From an uncultured bacterium (GTDB taxonomy: Bacteria; Patescibacteriota; Saccharimonadia; UBA4664), in the NCBI GenBank assembly GCA_963720265.1, contig CAVRET010000002.1:328704-392703 (forward strand): DNA of 64,000 nt. The letters run 5' to 3'. Shown piece by piece: positions 10,103 through 19,959 of the stretch. The stretch's first letter is position 1. Every line of letters begins with the position of its first letter. The notes beneath the pieces are model-generated. The model was given only the letters and a program-made list of their open reading frames with translations. It searched no databases and had not been told where the DNA came from. The translations under genes and the position numbers were made by a program.

Positions 10103-11206
10103 GAGCCAAAATCCAGCCCACATTGCTATACTAGCGCTCGTCACCAGCCGGCGTGCCCAGCCGTTAAGGGCCCGCGCCGCAGCGATGTAAAGTGGGAACA
10201 ATACCATCACATACCGGTCCATACTACCCACCGTCCCCGAAGCCAGCGGTACTGCCACGCCCAAGCCTACGTAGAGTGCAAACCAATACTCGCGTTGCCG
10301 TACAAGCAGCCAAACCCCAGCCACACCCGCGAGCGTAGCCGCATACCACACCACAAAAGCGTTGAGACGCGTTAATACCCATATATGGTGCCGCAAGTTA
10401 AACAAATACTGGTGCCAGCTTGCCCGCAACTCGCTCACAAGGTGCGGCGGCCCCAGGCGGCCCCAGTAGCGTTGTACGTGCGCAAACGCCAGCGAGTCGT
10501 GATTATAAGCCTGCAGAAAGGCCATAAACGCCGCCAGTCCACCCAGGCTCACAATCCCGAGTCCAGCCGCCGTTAAAACCGTCTGCCATCGGTGCCCCGC
10601 CGGGTCCTGCCGATGCGCCCACAGCCACTGGGCCACCACAATCAGCCCCAGGCTGATACCCACCGGCCGTGTGGCTCCGGCGAGCGATGCTATCACTGCC
10701 GCCGACCACCACATCCGCCGTGCGAGCAGCCAAAACACCGCCACCGATAACAACAAAAACAACGACTCAGTGTACGCCAGGCCAAAGAACAGTCCAAACG
10801 GGTTGAACGCCAACAGCACCGTTGCCCATCTTGCCGCTGACGCGTCGTATCGCCGCCTCACGAGGTCGTAAAACAGCACCAGCGCGCCGCCGAAGCTTGC
10901 GAGCGAAACCCCCACCCCGGCCGCCAATGTCGACGCCGGCACAACCCGCCGCACCAACGCGACGATCACCGGATACAAGGGAAAGAACACCACATTCGTC
11001 TGCTTATGAGCGGCTCCGAGTGTATAACCCTGGTTTGCGATAGTTTCGTACCAACCGCCGTCCCAGCGTTGAAACGTATGTTCAAGCGGCCACACCGCGC
11101 CAAACCAGTGTTGCGCTAGTCCAAACAGCACAGCCGTGGCCGCAATCCACACGCACCACACCATTAGCGGAAATCGTACATCAAGAGTGTGCTTACGCTC
11201 CGCCAT
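10070..11206 (-). CDS. GT-C membrane mannosyltransferase, PIG-V/GT76-like (paralog 1)
   Basis: 'FQRWDGGWYETIANQGY...VVFFPLYP' matches the PIG-V/Gpi18 family motif (WD..Y..IA..GY ... AFFPLYP); ~9 TM. Confidence 0.55.
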   Translation of the reverse strand: MAERKHTLDVRFPLMVWCVWIAATAVLFGLAQHWFGAVWPLEHTFQRWDGGWYETIANQGYTLGAAHKQTNVVFFPLYPVIVALVRRVVPASTLAAGVGVSLASFGGALVLFYDLVRRRYDASAARWATVLLAFNPFGLFFGLAYTESLFLLLSVAVFWLLARRMWWSAAVIASLAGATRPVGISLGLIVVAQWLWAHRQDPAGHRWQTVLTAAGLGIVSLGGLAAFMAFLQAYNHDSLAFAHVQRYWGRLGPPHLVSELRASWHQYLFNLRHHIWVLTRLNAFVVWYAATLAGVAGVWLLVRQREYWFALYVGLGVAVPLASGTVGSMDRYVMVLFPLYIAAARALNGWARRLVTSASIAMWAGFWLLYLGQRMFFG

Positions 11207-11207
11207 C

Positions 11208-12356
11208 TTAGCCGAAAAATAGTTGCCGCGGGTCCAAATAAATCAGCCAGAATACCGCAAACGTGCATACACTGGCCATCAGTGCCAGCCGCCGCTCCCA
11301 GCGTAGCTGCAGCGCCCGCGCCACTGCGACATAAAGGGGAAATAACACCATCACATACCGGTCCATGCCCTCAATGCTGCCCGACGCCAGCGGTATGGCT
11401 AGCCCTAGTAGCACGTATGCCGCGTACCAATACTCACGCTGCCACACCAGCAACGCACCGCCGGCCACACCGGCCACGATCGCGCCGTACCAGACCACGT
11501 CAGAAAATAATATTGGATGGGGAATAGTATGATGCCGTACCCCTTCAGCAAAGCCCCACAGTGCCGGCCACAAGTTTGACACCCCGACCCGACCCCAATA
11601 CACCTGCACATGCACAAATGCCAGCGCATCATGATTATGGACCTGTAAATACGCCGCAAACAGTGCCAGCCCGCCGGTACTCACAAGCCCTAGCGCTACC
11701 GCCTGCAGCGCCACAGACGTCATCCGCCGGGCCGGCCGCCGCAGTGCGGCCCGGTTCTGCCACAGCCATCCCGCCACCACAAATAGTGCCAAAATCACTC
11801 CCTGCGGCCGGCTCCCAGCGGCTATCCCTGCCACCACCGCCGCCCACCAAAAACCGCGCCGTGCGAGCAACCAAAACACCGCCACCGACAGTAACAGATA
11901 CAAACTTTCGGTGTAGGCAAAAGCAAAAAACAGCCCAAACGGATTGAACGCCAACAACAGCGTTGCCCACTGGGCTGTGTGCTCATCATATTGGCGCCGT
12001 ACCAGGTCATAAAATAATAACAGCGCGCCCCCAAAGCACATCACCGACACACTCACTGCTGCCGCAACCATTGGTATAAACAGTCCGTGCTGCAGCACCG
12101 AAACCAGGAGCGGGTAGAGCGGGAAGAATGCGATGTTGGTCTGTCCATGAATGCTTCCACCGGCGTAGCCGTACTGAACTACCGAGAGATACCACGCTCC
12201 GTCCCAGCGCGTAAATTCAGCGGCCGGCGACCAGATTCCCCCGTGCACCCACTGGGCTAAGCCAAACAAGCCGGCCGTAACCAGTATCCACACCAACCAA
12301 ACCCCCAACCCAAACCGTACCTGGTCGAAGCGCCGAATCCAGTGCATTCCGGTCAT
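11208..12356 (-). CDS. GT-C membrane mannosyltransferase, PIG-V/GT76-like (paralog 2, tandem duplicate)
   Basis: 'FTRWDGAWYLSVVQYGY...IAFFPLYP'; collinear similarity to 10070..11206 along full length. Confidence 0.55.
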   Translation of the reverse strand: MTGMHWIRRFDQVRFGLGVWLVWILVTAGLFGLAQWVHGGIWSPAAEFTRWDGAWYLSVVQYGYAGGSIHGQTNIAFFPLYPLLVSVLQHGLFIPMVAAAVSVSVMCFGGALLLFYDLVRRQYDEHTAQWATLLLAFNPFGLFFAFAYTESLYLLLSVAVFWLLARRGFWWAAVVAGIAAGSRPQGVILALFVVAGWLWQNRAALRRPARRMTSVALQAVALGLVSTGGLALFAAYLQVHNHDALAFVHVQVYWGRVGVSNLWPALWGFAEGVRHHTIPHPILFSDVVWYGAIVAGVAGGALLVWQREYWYAAYVLLGLAIPLASGSIEGMDRYVMVLFPLYVAVARALQLRWERRLALMASVCTFAVFWLIYLDPRQLFFG

Positions 12357-12367
12357 GGCCGATTTGC

Positions 12368-14398
12368 CTATGGCACTACCGTCATATAGAAGTTAAGTCC
12401 CGGATCGTCCATCCAGGCGGCTCCTTCCGCGAGCAAATCAAAGTATTCAACATAAGTCCCGGTCTTTGACGGTGCATCCATCCACCAGCCAAAGGTACCA
12501 ACCTGTCCCGGCGCCACACTCGCTTCCTGCATCAGGGCTGGCCGGTTTTGGCCCAACCAGGAATTATCAAAGAACGCACTCATACGGTCGAGCGGGTGGC
12601 TGGTACCAACATGAATCGGGTTGGGGCCGGTGTTCGTCCAAGTCATGTTGCCGGTGTTCTTAGCCGTAAACCCGATCCACACTTTGTTACCGGGGTGCAT
12701 ACCAACCGTACTAGCGCCCGTTGTCATCGTTTGGTCGGTATAGGCAAACTGGCTCACCGGCTGCCAGCTATAAACCGGCGTCTGTACCGACATATAAAAG
12801 TTCAGTCCCGGGTCATTCATCCAAGCCGCACCCTCAGCTAACAGGCTAAAGTGTTCCAAATAGGTGCCCGGCCGTTGTGCGTCAATCCAAAATTCAAAGG
12901 TCCCAACCTGTCCCGGTGCCACACTGGCTTCCTGCATACCCGCCGGCCGGTTGGGCCCTAGCCACGATGGGTCGTAAATCAGGCTGCCCCGGTCTGTCGG
13001 ATCCGATGTGCCGACATGGATCGGATTTGGTCCACTGTTTTTCCATGTTATGTTACCGGTATTCTTAGCGGTAAACCCAACCCACACGCGGTCGCCGGGC
13101 AAAAGGCCGGTCGTACCCTTACCCGTTGTCATGCTCTGGTCCGTATAGGCGAATTGTCCCATCGGCTGCCAGCTATACACCGGCGCCACCACCGTTGAGT
13201 AGAATGTCAGGCCTTGGTCCGAGAACCACGCCACACCGCTCTCAAGCAGATCAAAATGCTCAGGATACGTTCCCGGCGTCGACGGCGCCTTCATCCAAAA
13301 CTCAAACGTCCCGGTTTGTCCCGGCGCTACACTGGCCTGCTGCAGCGTGGCCGGACGGTTACAACCGTTGCCCCAGTTATCGCAAAACGCGCTCATTCGG
13401 TCTTCGGGGTCCCAAGTCCCCAGCTCAACGGCATTGGGTCCAGAATTAGTCCAGGTGGTGTTGCCGGTGTTGAGCGCAGTTAGGCCCACGTACACTTCCT
13501 GGCCCGGCAGCAAGCCGGTCGTACCCATGCCGGTCGTCTTGGTGGCGTCGGTGTAAGCGTATTGGCCTGTCACTTGCCAGGCATAGCGCGGCACCATGGT
13601 CGAGCCAAACCACTGCTCAAAAATTCCCGGGAACGACTGGTTAAGGTGCGGCGTGTACGAGTACAGCGAAGCGGTCGAGCCGTTAGCGAGCTGAATGGTT
13701 TGGCCGTCAATCGTAGCCGAGCCGTCAAACACCGTCGGTGGACAGGTAGTTGCATTATCACAGCGTTGATAGGTGCCGGCTGTCATATAGCCTACGTACT
13801 GAATGTCCCCGTCCCCGTCCCAGGCCAAGTTGCCCTCAGACCGCTCCTGGCCAAATTCCAGTTGCCACGACCCCCACAACACCTGCTTGGTAAAGCCGGC
13901 GTACGTCGAGCTACAGCCGCCCGAATCCGGACAGTCATAGCCCATGGCCGATTGGTACCGCCAGCCGTCGCATGATGTCCCACTCACCAGGCTCTCTTCC
14001 TTTTCCAGGGTCGAAATGATTACTTCCGGGTTAATTCCCCACATTTGCGCCGCTTGGTAAATCGCCGCCGCCGCCGAAATATTGGCCGTGCCCCAATCTG
14101 TGTTCCAGTTCGAGTCTGTGCCGTAATGCCAGGTCGACCCGTCCCAGTAGAAATTCGGGGTCTGGTAGGACGTGAGGCATGGCGAGCCGCCGCTAAGCGT
14201 TGTATACGGCCCGGGTTGTCCGGCAAAAAACGATTGAATCTGCGCCCCGTTCAGGGTGCCCACTTTATTAAAGGTCACATCGTCCATCATGTCCGAGTTG
14301 GAATAATCAGTGGTAGCTTGAGCGGCTTGGTGCAGGCCGCCCACGAGCACAAACCCCAAGCCAAGCATCATGAGTCCAAGATATCGTCGCAGATTCAT
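12368..14398 (-). CDS. Secreted protein: signal peptide + N-terminal Cys-containing domain (possible glycan hydrolase-like) + three tandem ~135-aa repeats
   Basis: N-terminal 'MNLRRYLGLMMLGLGFVLVGGLHQAAQA'; repeats start 'YAWQVTGQYAYTD', 'YSWQPMGQFAYTD', 'YSWQPVSQFAYTD'. Confidence 0.5.
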   Translation of the reverse strand: MNLRRYLGLMMLGLGFVLVGGLHQAAQATTDYSNSDMMDDVTFNKVGTLNGAQIQSFFAGQPGPYTTLSGGSPCLTSYQTPNFYWDGSTWHYGTDSNWNTDWGTANISAAAAIYQAAQMWGINPEVIISTLEKEESLVSGTSCDGWRYQSAMGYDCPDSGGCSSTYAGFTKQVLWGSWQLEFGQERSEGNLAWDGDGDIQYVGYMTAGTYQRCDNATTCPPTVFDGSATIDGQTIQLANGSTASLYSYTPHLNQSFPGIFEQWFGSTMVPRYAWQVTGQYAYTDATKTTGMGTTGLLPGQEVYVGLTALNTGNTTWTNSGPNAVELGTWDPEDRMSAFCDNWGNGCNRPATLQQASVAPGQTGTFEFWMKAPSTPGTYPEHFDLLESGVAWFSDQGLTFYSTVVAPVYSWQPMGQFAYTDQSMTTGKGTTGLLPGDRVWVGFTAKNTGNITWKNSGPNPIHVGTSDPTDRGSLIYDPSWLGPNRPAGMQEASVAPGQVGTFEFWIDAQRPGTYLEHFSLLAEGAAWMNDPGLNFYMSVQTPVYSWQPVSQFAYTDQTMTTGASTVGMHPGNKVWIGFTAKNTGNMTWTNTGPNPIHVGTSHPLDRMSAFFDNSWLGQNRPALMQEASVAPGQVGTFGWWMDAPSKTGTYVEYFDLLAEGAAWMDDPGLNFYMTVVP
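12371..13585 (-). repeat. Three in-frame tandem coding repeats (~405 bp each) within the secreted protein gene
   Basis: Protein residues 272-407, 408-542, 543-676 align with conserved 'TTG.GTTGLLPG..V.VGFTAKNTGN.TW.N.GPNPIHVGT.DP.DR...F.D..WLG.NRPA.MQEASVAPGQVGTFEFW'. Confidence 0.7.
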
Positions 14399-14401
14399 AG
14401 A

Positions 14402-14980
14402 TTAATTCGTCACCGTTAATGGTTGCGGATTACTGTATGCGGTCTGACCATTGAGTATGGCCACGGCCTCAACTTGCCACGTACCAACGGTCAATTGATT
14501 GGCATTCCAATTCAAAATGACGCCGTCCGCGCCACTGTTAGGAACGGTTTCGCTTGTGCTCACCTTCTTAACTGTACCATTCATCGACACCTGAATATAG
14601 CACGAAGCGCCTGGCACCGCTTGGCACGTCGATTCCATACCCGTAGCACCGCTCAAGCTCACACTGCTAACGTTGAGCAAGTCGCCGGTCGGTGCCACCA
14701 AACTACCACTACTCGCCGGATGGCTTGGATTTGAAATTGTGGTCGGCGAAGCCGTAGGCGTCGCCCCGGCCGCTTCCGGTCCAGCCGGTGCCGACCCGGT
14801 CTTGGCCGGCCCCTGCACCGTTGGCGTCGGTGACACACTGGGCTTCACCGTCAAATTGATGGCCTTATTATGGCGCATCACAAACAGTGTGCCGGCTACC
14901 AAAAACACCACCGCGACCACAAGCATAACGAGAATCGAGGTCTTACGCTTAGCTGAGCTGCGGCGAGATCGCGGCATCAA
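14402..14980 (-). CDS. Membrane-anchored protein with Pro/Thr/Ala-rich linker and C-terminal Cys-containing domain
   Basis: N-terminal TM 'ILVMLVVAVVFLVAGTLFV', low-complexity 'PTPTVQGPAKTGSAPAGPEAAGATPTASPT'. Confidence 0.35.
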   Translation of the reverse strand: MMPRSRRSSAKRKTSILVMLVVAVVFLVAGTLFVMRHNKAINLTVKPSVSPTPTVQGPAKTGSAPAGPEAAGATPTASPTTISNPSHPASSGSLVAPTGDLLNVSSVSLSGATGMESTCQAVPGASCYIQVSMNGTVKKVSTSETVPNSGADGVILNWNANQLTVGTWQVEAVAILNGQTAYSNPQPLTVTN

Positions 14981-15044
14981 TTGCTACCCTTATCTAATGC
15001 TATCTTAACACAAGCTCATTCCAAGACCTGTTACAATAACCACT

Positions 15045-16124
15045 ATGAAAATCATCGTCACAGCCGGTGGCCAAGGCACTAAGCTTTGGCCTTACTCCCG
15101 CGAAACCAAACCCAAACAATTCCAGCCCGTCTTAAATGGAAAGTCTCTGCTCACCTACAATATCGAAACCTTGCTTGAGCGTCACAGTCCGGAAGACATT
15201 TTCATTTCCACCAAGCGCAAATTCATTAAGTATGTCTCCGACCAAGCACCGCAAATCCCGCTGCGCAACTATATCGTCGAGCCGGATATAAAAAAAGACC
15301 GCGGCCCTGGCGAAGGTCTAGCCTTCCTACACATGAGCATGCGTTATCCCGATGAGCCGTTCTTCCTCGTTCAGGCTGACGACATCCGCCGTCCCGAGTC
15401 CGAATTCCTGCAAATGATCGAGGACGCGGTAAAGCTCGTTGAGCGCGACAAAAAGTACATCACCGGCGGCATCAAGGCCACTGAGCCCGACATGGGCGTC
15501 GACCATATCAAGCTCGGCGACAAGGTGCAGCACGAGTCCAACCAGGAAATCTACGAAGTCGATGAATTTCTGGGCCGCAAAACCAGCTACAAAGAAACCA
15601 AAGAATTGATCGAAAACTTTCACGTTGTCACCCACTGCAACCATGCCTGCTGGTATCCTGATCCGATGCTCGACGCCTACAAGCAATACCGCCCTGATTG
15701 GCACAAGGCGCTCATACAAATGCGCGATGTCATTGGCAAACCCGGCGAAGACGCCGAAATTGAGCGCCTCTACAACGGCATGGAGGCTGGTCCCACCGAG
15801 GAAGTCACGCGCCACGTCATGAAATCCGGACGCATCATCCTCACCAAGTTCAAATGGATCGACATAGGCACCTGGGGTACCGTATATGAGTTTTTTGCCA
15901 ACGGCTCCAGCAACTACATTGACGGCCGGGTGGTAACGGTTGATACCTCTGGCTCAATCATCCGCAGCTCCAATCCCAGTAAGCTCATGGCCGTCGCCGG
16001 GGTTGAGGATCTCGTGGTCGTGGATACCGACGACGCCCTGCTCATCGTGCCGAAGAATAAGATTGAGAAAATCAAAGACATTCAAAAGGCGCTTGCGGGA
16101 GACGATAACCGCCGCTATCTCTAA
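15045..16124 (+). CDS. Sugar-phosphate nucleotidyltransferase, mannose-1-phosphate guanylyltransferase-like
   Basis: N-terminal 'MKIIVTAGGQGTKLWPYSRETKPKQF' NTP_transferase motif; no PMI domain. Confidence 0.65.
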   Translation: MKIIVTAGGQGTKLWPYSRETKPKQFQPVLNGKSLLTYNIETLLERHSPEDIFISTKRKFIKYVSDQAPQIPLRNYIVEPDIKKDRGPGEGLAFLHMSMRYPDEPFFLVQADDIRRPESEFLQMIEDAVKLVERDKKYITGGIKATEPDMGVDHIKLGDKVQHESNQEIYEVDEFLGRKTSYKETKELIENFHVVTHCNHACWYPDPMLDAYKQYRPDWHKALIQMRDVIGKPGEDAEIERLYNGMEAGPTEEVTRHVMKSGRIILTKFKWIDIGTWGTVYEFFANGSSNYIDGRVVTVDTSGSIIRSSNPSKLMAVAGVEDLVVVDTDDALLIVPKNKIEKIKDIQKALAGDDNRRYL

Positions 16125-16183
16125 GGCCCGCTGGTTCTCAGCCTTCCCACGTTGAACGTGAATTGTGACATAATAAAAAACAC

Positions 16184-18259
16184 ATGGCCAAAGCTCAAGC
16201 AATACCAGTGACCGACCTTGCCGGCCCGGCGCCGTTACGCGCTGGCCGGCCCAAGCGTGCCAAGGCCGTTGCCCAAACCACGGCCGTAGCTGTGCCGGTC
16301 ACAACTGCCGTAGCTAGGAAACCGGCCAAGGTACCGAAAGCATCGGCAACAAATGCCGCCACCGGATCCGCTGCGACCAAATCCCGATCTCCCAAAGCAA
16401 CGACTGCGGGCAAACTACCCAGATTAACCAAACCGTCAACCGCACCGTCGCAAGTCCCGGCCTCCGAAGCAGCGGTCGCCGCAACCGTGCAGGCCCATGC
16501 CGCCGCCCACCGTTGGTCGGCCGCGCTCTATGTCGCGATTGCACTGGTGGTGCTCGTTGTGCTCGCCGGCGTCACATATGAGGTTGCCTACAGTGGCAAA
16601 ATTCTACCCGGTGTAACTGCTGACGGCGTGCACGTTGGAGGCTTAAGCCAATCGGCAGCCGCCGCCCGCATCTCAGCGCAGGCGCAGGCCTTCAGCGATC
16701 AAACCATCACGATTGCCTATGGCAACACCTTGCTCCATATCCCGGTAAGCGGCCTCGCGCCGCAATATGATGCCGCCCACATTGCATCACTTGCCGCCGG
16801 CTACGGCCGCGGCGGCGATCTGACGGCCCGCTTCCACCAGCAGCTGCGCGCAATTTTTGGGCGGCCCACAGTGGTTTTGACCGCCGGCTTCGATGATTCC
16901 CGGCTCGCACCCTATCTCATGCAATTCGACGCCGCAGTCAGTACCCCGGTTCAAAACGCAACGCTTAGCTTCGACGGCGACCATGCGGTTGTAACGCCCT
17001 CGGCCACCGGCACCCGGCTTGATATCGGCGAACTGGCCGATGATGTTGAGAACCGCCTTGATGCCACTTCGACAACCACCATCCAAGCGCCGGTCTATCA
17101 GCTCGATCCTGATCTCACCACCGCGGCCGTGCAAGCAGTTGCCCGCGATGCTGACAGCTATCTCGAAGGCCCACTCACGCTGTCGTATTCCGGCAGCACC
17201 CGCACAGTTGATCAGCCCACACTCGTGACGTGGCTGCAAGTTTCGCCCGGTGCGTCTAATACCTTCCTGTCTGATCTCGACGTCGCAGGCATCAACCCAC
17301 CACCCGCTCTTGCCACACTCAGTCTCAATCATGACGCCATTACCAACTACGTCGCGACCCTCGCCGGGCAGATCGACCAGCCGGCCAAGAATGCCCAGCT
17401 CGCCATGCAAAACAACCAACTCGCGGTCACAGCGCCAAGCCAAAATGGTCTTACACTTGACCAAAACGCCGCCGTTACGGCTATTACAGCGAGCCTCACC
17501 AAGCCTGCTGCTGACCGCACCGTGAGCCTTAATCTTGCTTCCACACCGGCCGCGGTCAACGAAAATAACCTGGCCTCGCTCGGCATTACCCAGCTGCTTT
17601 CACAGGGGGTCACTAATGACTACCCGTCTCCGGCCGGCCGACTCAAAAATATCGAACTGGGCGCGGCCCGCTTTAACAATGCCCTGCTCAGTCCCGGGCA
17701 ACAGTTTTCATTCGGCCAGATTCTTGGCCCCGCTACGCCTGCTCAGGGTTATGAGGAGGGTTGGGTTATCCTCGGTAACAAGGAAGTGGAAGAGCCGGGT
17801 GGGGGGCTGTGTCAGTTAGTGACGACAGCCTTTAGAGCTGCGCTCTTGGCCGGTCTGCCCATCAATGAGCGGCAGAACCACGCCTTCACCATTCCCTACT
17901 ACACCTGGCCCTATGGTATACCGGGTGTCGATGCCACGATTTACTACCCCGAGCTTGACCTGAAATTTACCAACAACACCGGTCACTGGATCCTTATCCA
18001 AACCAACGTCAATACGAGCAATAATACGGTTACCTATAGCTTCTACGGCACCAAAACTAAGGTGGGGGTCATCCAGGGGCCTTATTATGTTACTTCGACC
18101 GGAGCCTTATCCAGCAACCCGAATTATGCGAATGCGAACGAAGCCTCACACACTGTCTTCTACCGTCAAATCCAGAACCTGAGCGGCCAGGTTTTGGAGA
18201 CAGATACGTTCAACTCGTATTATCAGCCGGAGAGCGATTATCCGCCGGAATCCGACTAG
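16184..18259 (+). CDS. VanW/YoaR family protein with long Ala/Pro/Thr-rich N-terminal tail and one TM
   Basis: 'GGGLCQLVTTAFRAALLAGLPINERQNHAF' VanW core motif; TM 'ALYVAIALVVLVVLAGV'. Confidence 0.7.
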   Translation: MAKAQAIPVTDLAGPAPLRAGRPKRAKAVAQTTAVAVPVTTAVARKPAKVPKASATNAATGSAATKSRSPKATTAGKLPRLTKPSTAPSQVPASEAAVAATVQAHAAAHRWSAALYVAIALVVLVVLAGVTYEVAYSGKILPGVTADGVHVGGLSQSAAAARISAQAQAFSDQTITIAYGNTLLHIPVSGLAPQYDAAHIASLAAGYGRGGDLTARFHQQLRAIFGRPTVVLTAGFDDSRLAPYLMQFDAAVSTPVQNATLSFDGDHAVVTPSATGTRLDIGELADDVENRLDATSTTTIQAPVYQLDPDLTTAAVQAVARDADSYLEGPLTLSYSGSTRTVDQPTLVTWLQVSPGASNTFLSDLDVAGINPPPALATLSLNHDAITNYVATLAGQIDQPAKNAQLAMQNNQLAVTAPSQNGLTLDQNAAVTAITASLTKPAADRTVSLNLASTPAAVNENNLASLGITQLLSQGVTNDYPSPAGRLKNIELGAARFNNALLSPGQQFSFGQILGPATPAQGYEEGWVILGNKEVEEPGGGLCQLVTTAFRAALLAGLPINERQNHAFTIPYYTWPYGIPGVDATIYYPELDLKFTNNTGHWILIQTNVNTSNNTVTYSFYGTKTKVGVIQGPYYVTSTGALSSNPNYANANEASHTVFYRQIQNLSGQVLETDTFNSYYQPESDYPPESD

Positions 18260-18293
18260 TCAAAAAAATTGTCACCTCAGCATGCAGCACCTC

Positions 18294-18322
18294 TTGACGA
18301 CTTCGGCTTTTGTTCGATAGAA
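18294..18322 (+). promoter_or_regulatory. Candidate lexA promoter TTGACG-17-TAGAAT; RBS AAGGAGG at 18338
   Basis: Hexamers at 18294-18299 and 18317-18322, ATG at 18352. Confidence 0.4.
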
Positions 18323-18351
18323 TAAAAACCAAATAGTAAGGAGGGGATATC

Positions 18352-18969
18352 ATGGCCGAACCATTAACCAAGCGCCAAAAAGAAGTACTCGATTACGTCA
18401 CGCAATTCATCGAGGTGCATGGCTACGCACCGAGCTACCGCGAAATTGCTGCCTACTTTAAATACGGCTCCGTCGCTACCGTGGCCGAGCACATTGAATC
18501 GCTCGTGGCCAAGGGCATGTTGCGCAAAGGCGACAACGAAGCCCGCTCGATCCAGCTCGTCGAAGCTAGAGTTGAGCCCGATCCAACCTTCCAGCTGCCG
18601 ATTCTGGGGCTCGTGGCCGCCGGCCAGCCGATCGAAACCCTCGGCCGCCACAATGAAACGCTCGAGGTCCCAGCTTTCATGGTCGGCCGCAAAAACTCGT
18701 ACGTCTTACAGGTTAAGGGCGACTCCATGATCGACGAAGGCATTCACACCGGCGATTACGTCGTGGTTACTGAAAAGCCAGTACCATCAAACGGCGAAAT
18801 GGTGATTGCGCTCATCAACGGCGGCGAGGCCACGCTCAAGCGCTACTACAAAGAGGCCGACCACATCCGCTTGCAGCCTTCGAATTCCGCCATGGAGCCG
18901 ATCATTATAAAGCCTGGCACCCCCATCGAAATTCAAGGCACGGTCATCGGTTTAATCCGGAAGTATTAA
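18352..18969 (+). CDS. lexA: LexA repressor (S24 peptidase)
   Basis: N-terminal wHTH 'KRQKEVLDYVTQFIEVHGYAPSYREIAAYF', Ala-Gly cleavage site 'LVAAGQP', 'VKGDSMIDEGIHTGDYVVV' Ser nucleophile. Confidence 0.85.
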   Translation: MAEPLTKRQKEVLDYVTQFIEVHGYAPSYREIAAYFKYGSVATVAEHIESLVAKGMLRKGDNEARSIQLVEARVEPDPTFQLPILGLVAAGQPIETLGRHNETLEVPAFMVGRKNSYVLQVKGDSMIDEGIHTGDYVVVTEKPVPSNGEMVIALINGGEATLKRYYKEADHIRLQPSNSAMEPIIIKPGTPIEIQGTVIGLIRKY

Positions 18970-19195
18970 GCACCGCCAATGACCAACGAGTTTACGTATC
19001 TTGAGTGCCGCCTCTACGTCCCGGCGCACGGACTAATGGCCGCCAAACTGCGGGGCCAATCCAGCCCGCGCCGGCTCGTCAAGTTGCTGCCGCTCAGCTA
19101 TGACGAGCTTATCGACCCCAAGTTTCGGCGGCTACTAGCAACATTTGAGACCGTCCGGCGGCCACACGGGGCGTAAGCCCAGGTATACTAAGGCC

Positions 19196-19939
19196 ATGTA
19201 TACATCGCCACTACTAGGGCAACAATCCAGCTTGGTCCACGGTTTTTCAGACATCAAAGAGGGGAATATGGCCTACCGTTTTGGCACTCATGATGAAGTT
19301 GAGGCCAATCGTAAAGCCTTTCTGAAGCAGCTCGGTCTAGAACTCGGCCAATGTGTGGCCCAGATCGGCCTGGTCGACGGTATTCATATTGCTACTGGAG
19401 GCGATGTCGGCCGCGGCATGCACGATCACGAAAACAGTATCCGTACCAATGCTCTCATCACTAATCAAACCGGCGTCGGCCTGTTCCTCACCATTGCCGA
19501 CTGCATTCCCATCATTCTGTATGACCCGGTAAAACATGTGGTGGCGCTCATTCATGCTGCCCGCGAAAGCACCAATCTGCTCCTGCCGACCAAGGTCGTC
19601 GCGAGGCTCGTATCCGAATTTGGTTGCGATCCAGCGGGTTTGCTCGCGGCTCTCGGCCCAGCCGTACGCGCCGAGTCATATATCTATGACCGCAACATTT
19701 ATGATCTCGTCACCCCAGCCTGGAAGCCTTACCTGAACGAGCTTGACCCTGACCATATCGAGGTCGACAACATCGGCTACGCTAAAGCCCAGCTTGTCGC
19801 ATCCGGGCTGCTAAAAACCAACATTAGCGACTCCGGTATCGACACCGGCAAAAGTGACGCCAACTTTTTCTCTCATGTTCGTTCGATCCACACCGGCGCA
19901 CCCGAAGGTCGACTAGCGGCCGTTGTTGCTCTGCGCTAG
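19196..19939 (+). CDS. pgeF: Peptidoglycan editing factor PgeF / YfiH (DUF152 laccase-domain, purine nucleoside phosphorylase)
   Basis: 'FLTIADCIPIILYDPVKHVVALIHAAR' Cys-His motif typical of YfiH; start chosen at ATG 19196. Confidence 0.75.
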   Translation: MYTSPLLGQQSSLVHGFSDIKEGNMAYRFGTHDEVEANRKAFLKQLGLELGQCVAQIGLVDGIHIATGGDVGRGMHDHENSIRTNALITNQTGVGLFLTIADCIPIILYDPVKHVVALIHAARESTNLLLPTKVVARLVSEFGCDPAGLLAALGPAVRAESYIYDRNIYDLVTPAWKPYLNELDPDHIEVDNIGYAKAQLVASGLLKTNISDSGIDTGKSDANFFSHVRSIHTGAPEGRLAAVVALR

Positions 19940-19959
19940 CATAAATACAAGCCGTCCGG

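Noticed and set aside
18261-18351. LexA/SOS (Cheo-type CGAAC-N4-GTTCG) box upstream of lexA
   Set aside because: Only a half-site-like 'GTTCG' is present, with no convincing palindrome. The lineage may use a different SOS box.
18979-19176. 65-aa ORF between lexA and pgeF
   Set aside because: It has no RBS or motif support and partly overlaps the likely pgeF upstream region, so it is probably non-coding.
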